This document shows positions 61,101-61,110 of a stretch of DNA of 61,110 bases, one piece after another (position 1 is the first letter of the stretch; each line of letters opens with the position of its first letter). The DNA lies in contig JAQGDQ010000742.1 in assembly GCA_030141605.1 (NCBI GenBank), forward strand, positions 1-61,110, written 5' to 3'. Position numbers and translations under genes: made by a program. Source of the DNA: Tubiluchus corallicola (Eukaryota; Animalia; Priapulida). The notes under the pieces were generated by a model, which was not told the origin of the DNA, searched no databases, and saw only the letters and a program-made list of their open reading frames with translations.

Positions 61101-61110
61101 TACTTTACCC
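58110..61110 (-). CDS. susC: SusC/RagA TonB-dependent transporter, 5' end outside the window
   Basis: Frame open to the window edge (GKVTDENNEPLPGVS..); plug motif ILKDASSAAIFGARSAAGILIITTKRG. Confidence 0.95.
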   Translation of the reverse strand, partial: GKVTDENNEPLPGVSAVVQGTTIGVITDFNGAFELDVPEKAEKLIFSFIGMKSQEVSIENQLVFNIKMEQDVIGLDEVIAVGYGTMKKSDLTGSVQRVDVAQYETQQATSMIEMLSGTVAGFNSTQGTSASGGGSMQVRGPTSLAASNSPLIVLDGVIYNGSVGDINPGDIESIDILKDASSAAIFGARSAAGILIITTKRGRTSKPTINFSAKVGVAGLTNHMYPQSPEQYLESRGDYWAGVNQDKPEHYYTDPNNLPDGVTLEEWMNYDTTPSDDPVQMWFNRMGMTQIELDNYKAGKTVDWYDMVFQNGLRQDYDLSLSGSTNSVRYYWSLGLTDNEGVTLGDEYKNVRTRINVDADVNDFLKVGVNAQFADRDQSSQSANLGDAIHASPYGNIYEEDGKTLTFNPHGDEASTNPLIYYKNKDKFHHVQTLFATLFGELKLPFGVSYRISYVNRYLWSKNYYFDPVTTPNGFKNQGFGKRTDTSTYEWQIDNVLSWEKSFAGIHEFNATFLVNAEKYQKWSSEQENSQFAPNGSLSYHALQAGTSPSLSNEDIYSTGNALMARLNYSLKEKYMITTTWRRDGYSAFGLNNPYAKFPSAALGWRISKENFFNVNWVDHLKLRISWGANGNREIGRYAALSRMGTTKYIYGTELATGVYATAMANSDLKWERTAALNFGVDFGLFNNVLHGSAEVYSMTTKDLLLHRSLPSIIGYTSVASNMGELANKGFELTLNSTNMNRSNVKWNSSLNFSFNRSKIKHLYGEMVDILDEEGNVIGQKEADDIKNGWFIGEALDRIWDYEVIGIWQLGEEEEAAVYGKQPGDVKLKDQNGDEILTPTDDKVFQGYKSPRYRLGLRNDITLFNNFEISAFIRADLGHYGSNGLHKNSSANADFERRNRMYRPYWTKDNPINDYARLNSDTNSPGFTWWENRSFVRLQDLSVAYNVPKSRLQKLKIEHLKVFVNFRNLLTFTGWQHYDPESQATRMPKYSSIGVNVNL

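Overview
Bacteroidota chromosomal segment (gene set and TTTG/TAnnTTTG promoters; Marinilabiliales/Prolixibacteraceae-like by inference). Positions 1-43.66 kb are mostly core genome: an uncharacterised secreted-protein operon end, a T9SS lamin-tail protein, an orphan susCD pair, metG, cydAB, a LysM glucosaminidase, lolE-like permease, rsmA-mgtE, purH-mreBCD-mrdA-rodA, a KamA-like radical SAM enzyme, a GH29 fucosidase, a NamZ/NagZ-AmiE-type peptidoglycan-salvage cluster, cdd, an RluA-family synthase, panB and dnaK. At 43657 dnaK appears cut short by a Tn4555-like element (zinc-finger TnpA-like gene plus tyrosine integrase). A degenerate IS3 truncates that element, and a patch of gene remnants follows. 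Next come a susC-susD-GH18(dead)-GH18(active) locus and a convergent susCD that runs off the window. The most notable unannotated signal is a family of five diverged intergenic repeats (about 140 bp when full length) with terminal inverted repeats, all on the + strand regardless of neighbouring gene orientation. No rRNA, tRNA or CRISPR array was seen. All family assignments come from motif recognition by eye, not from database searches.
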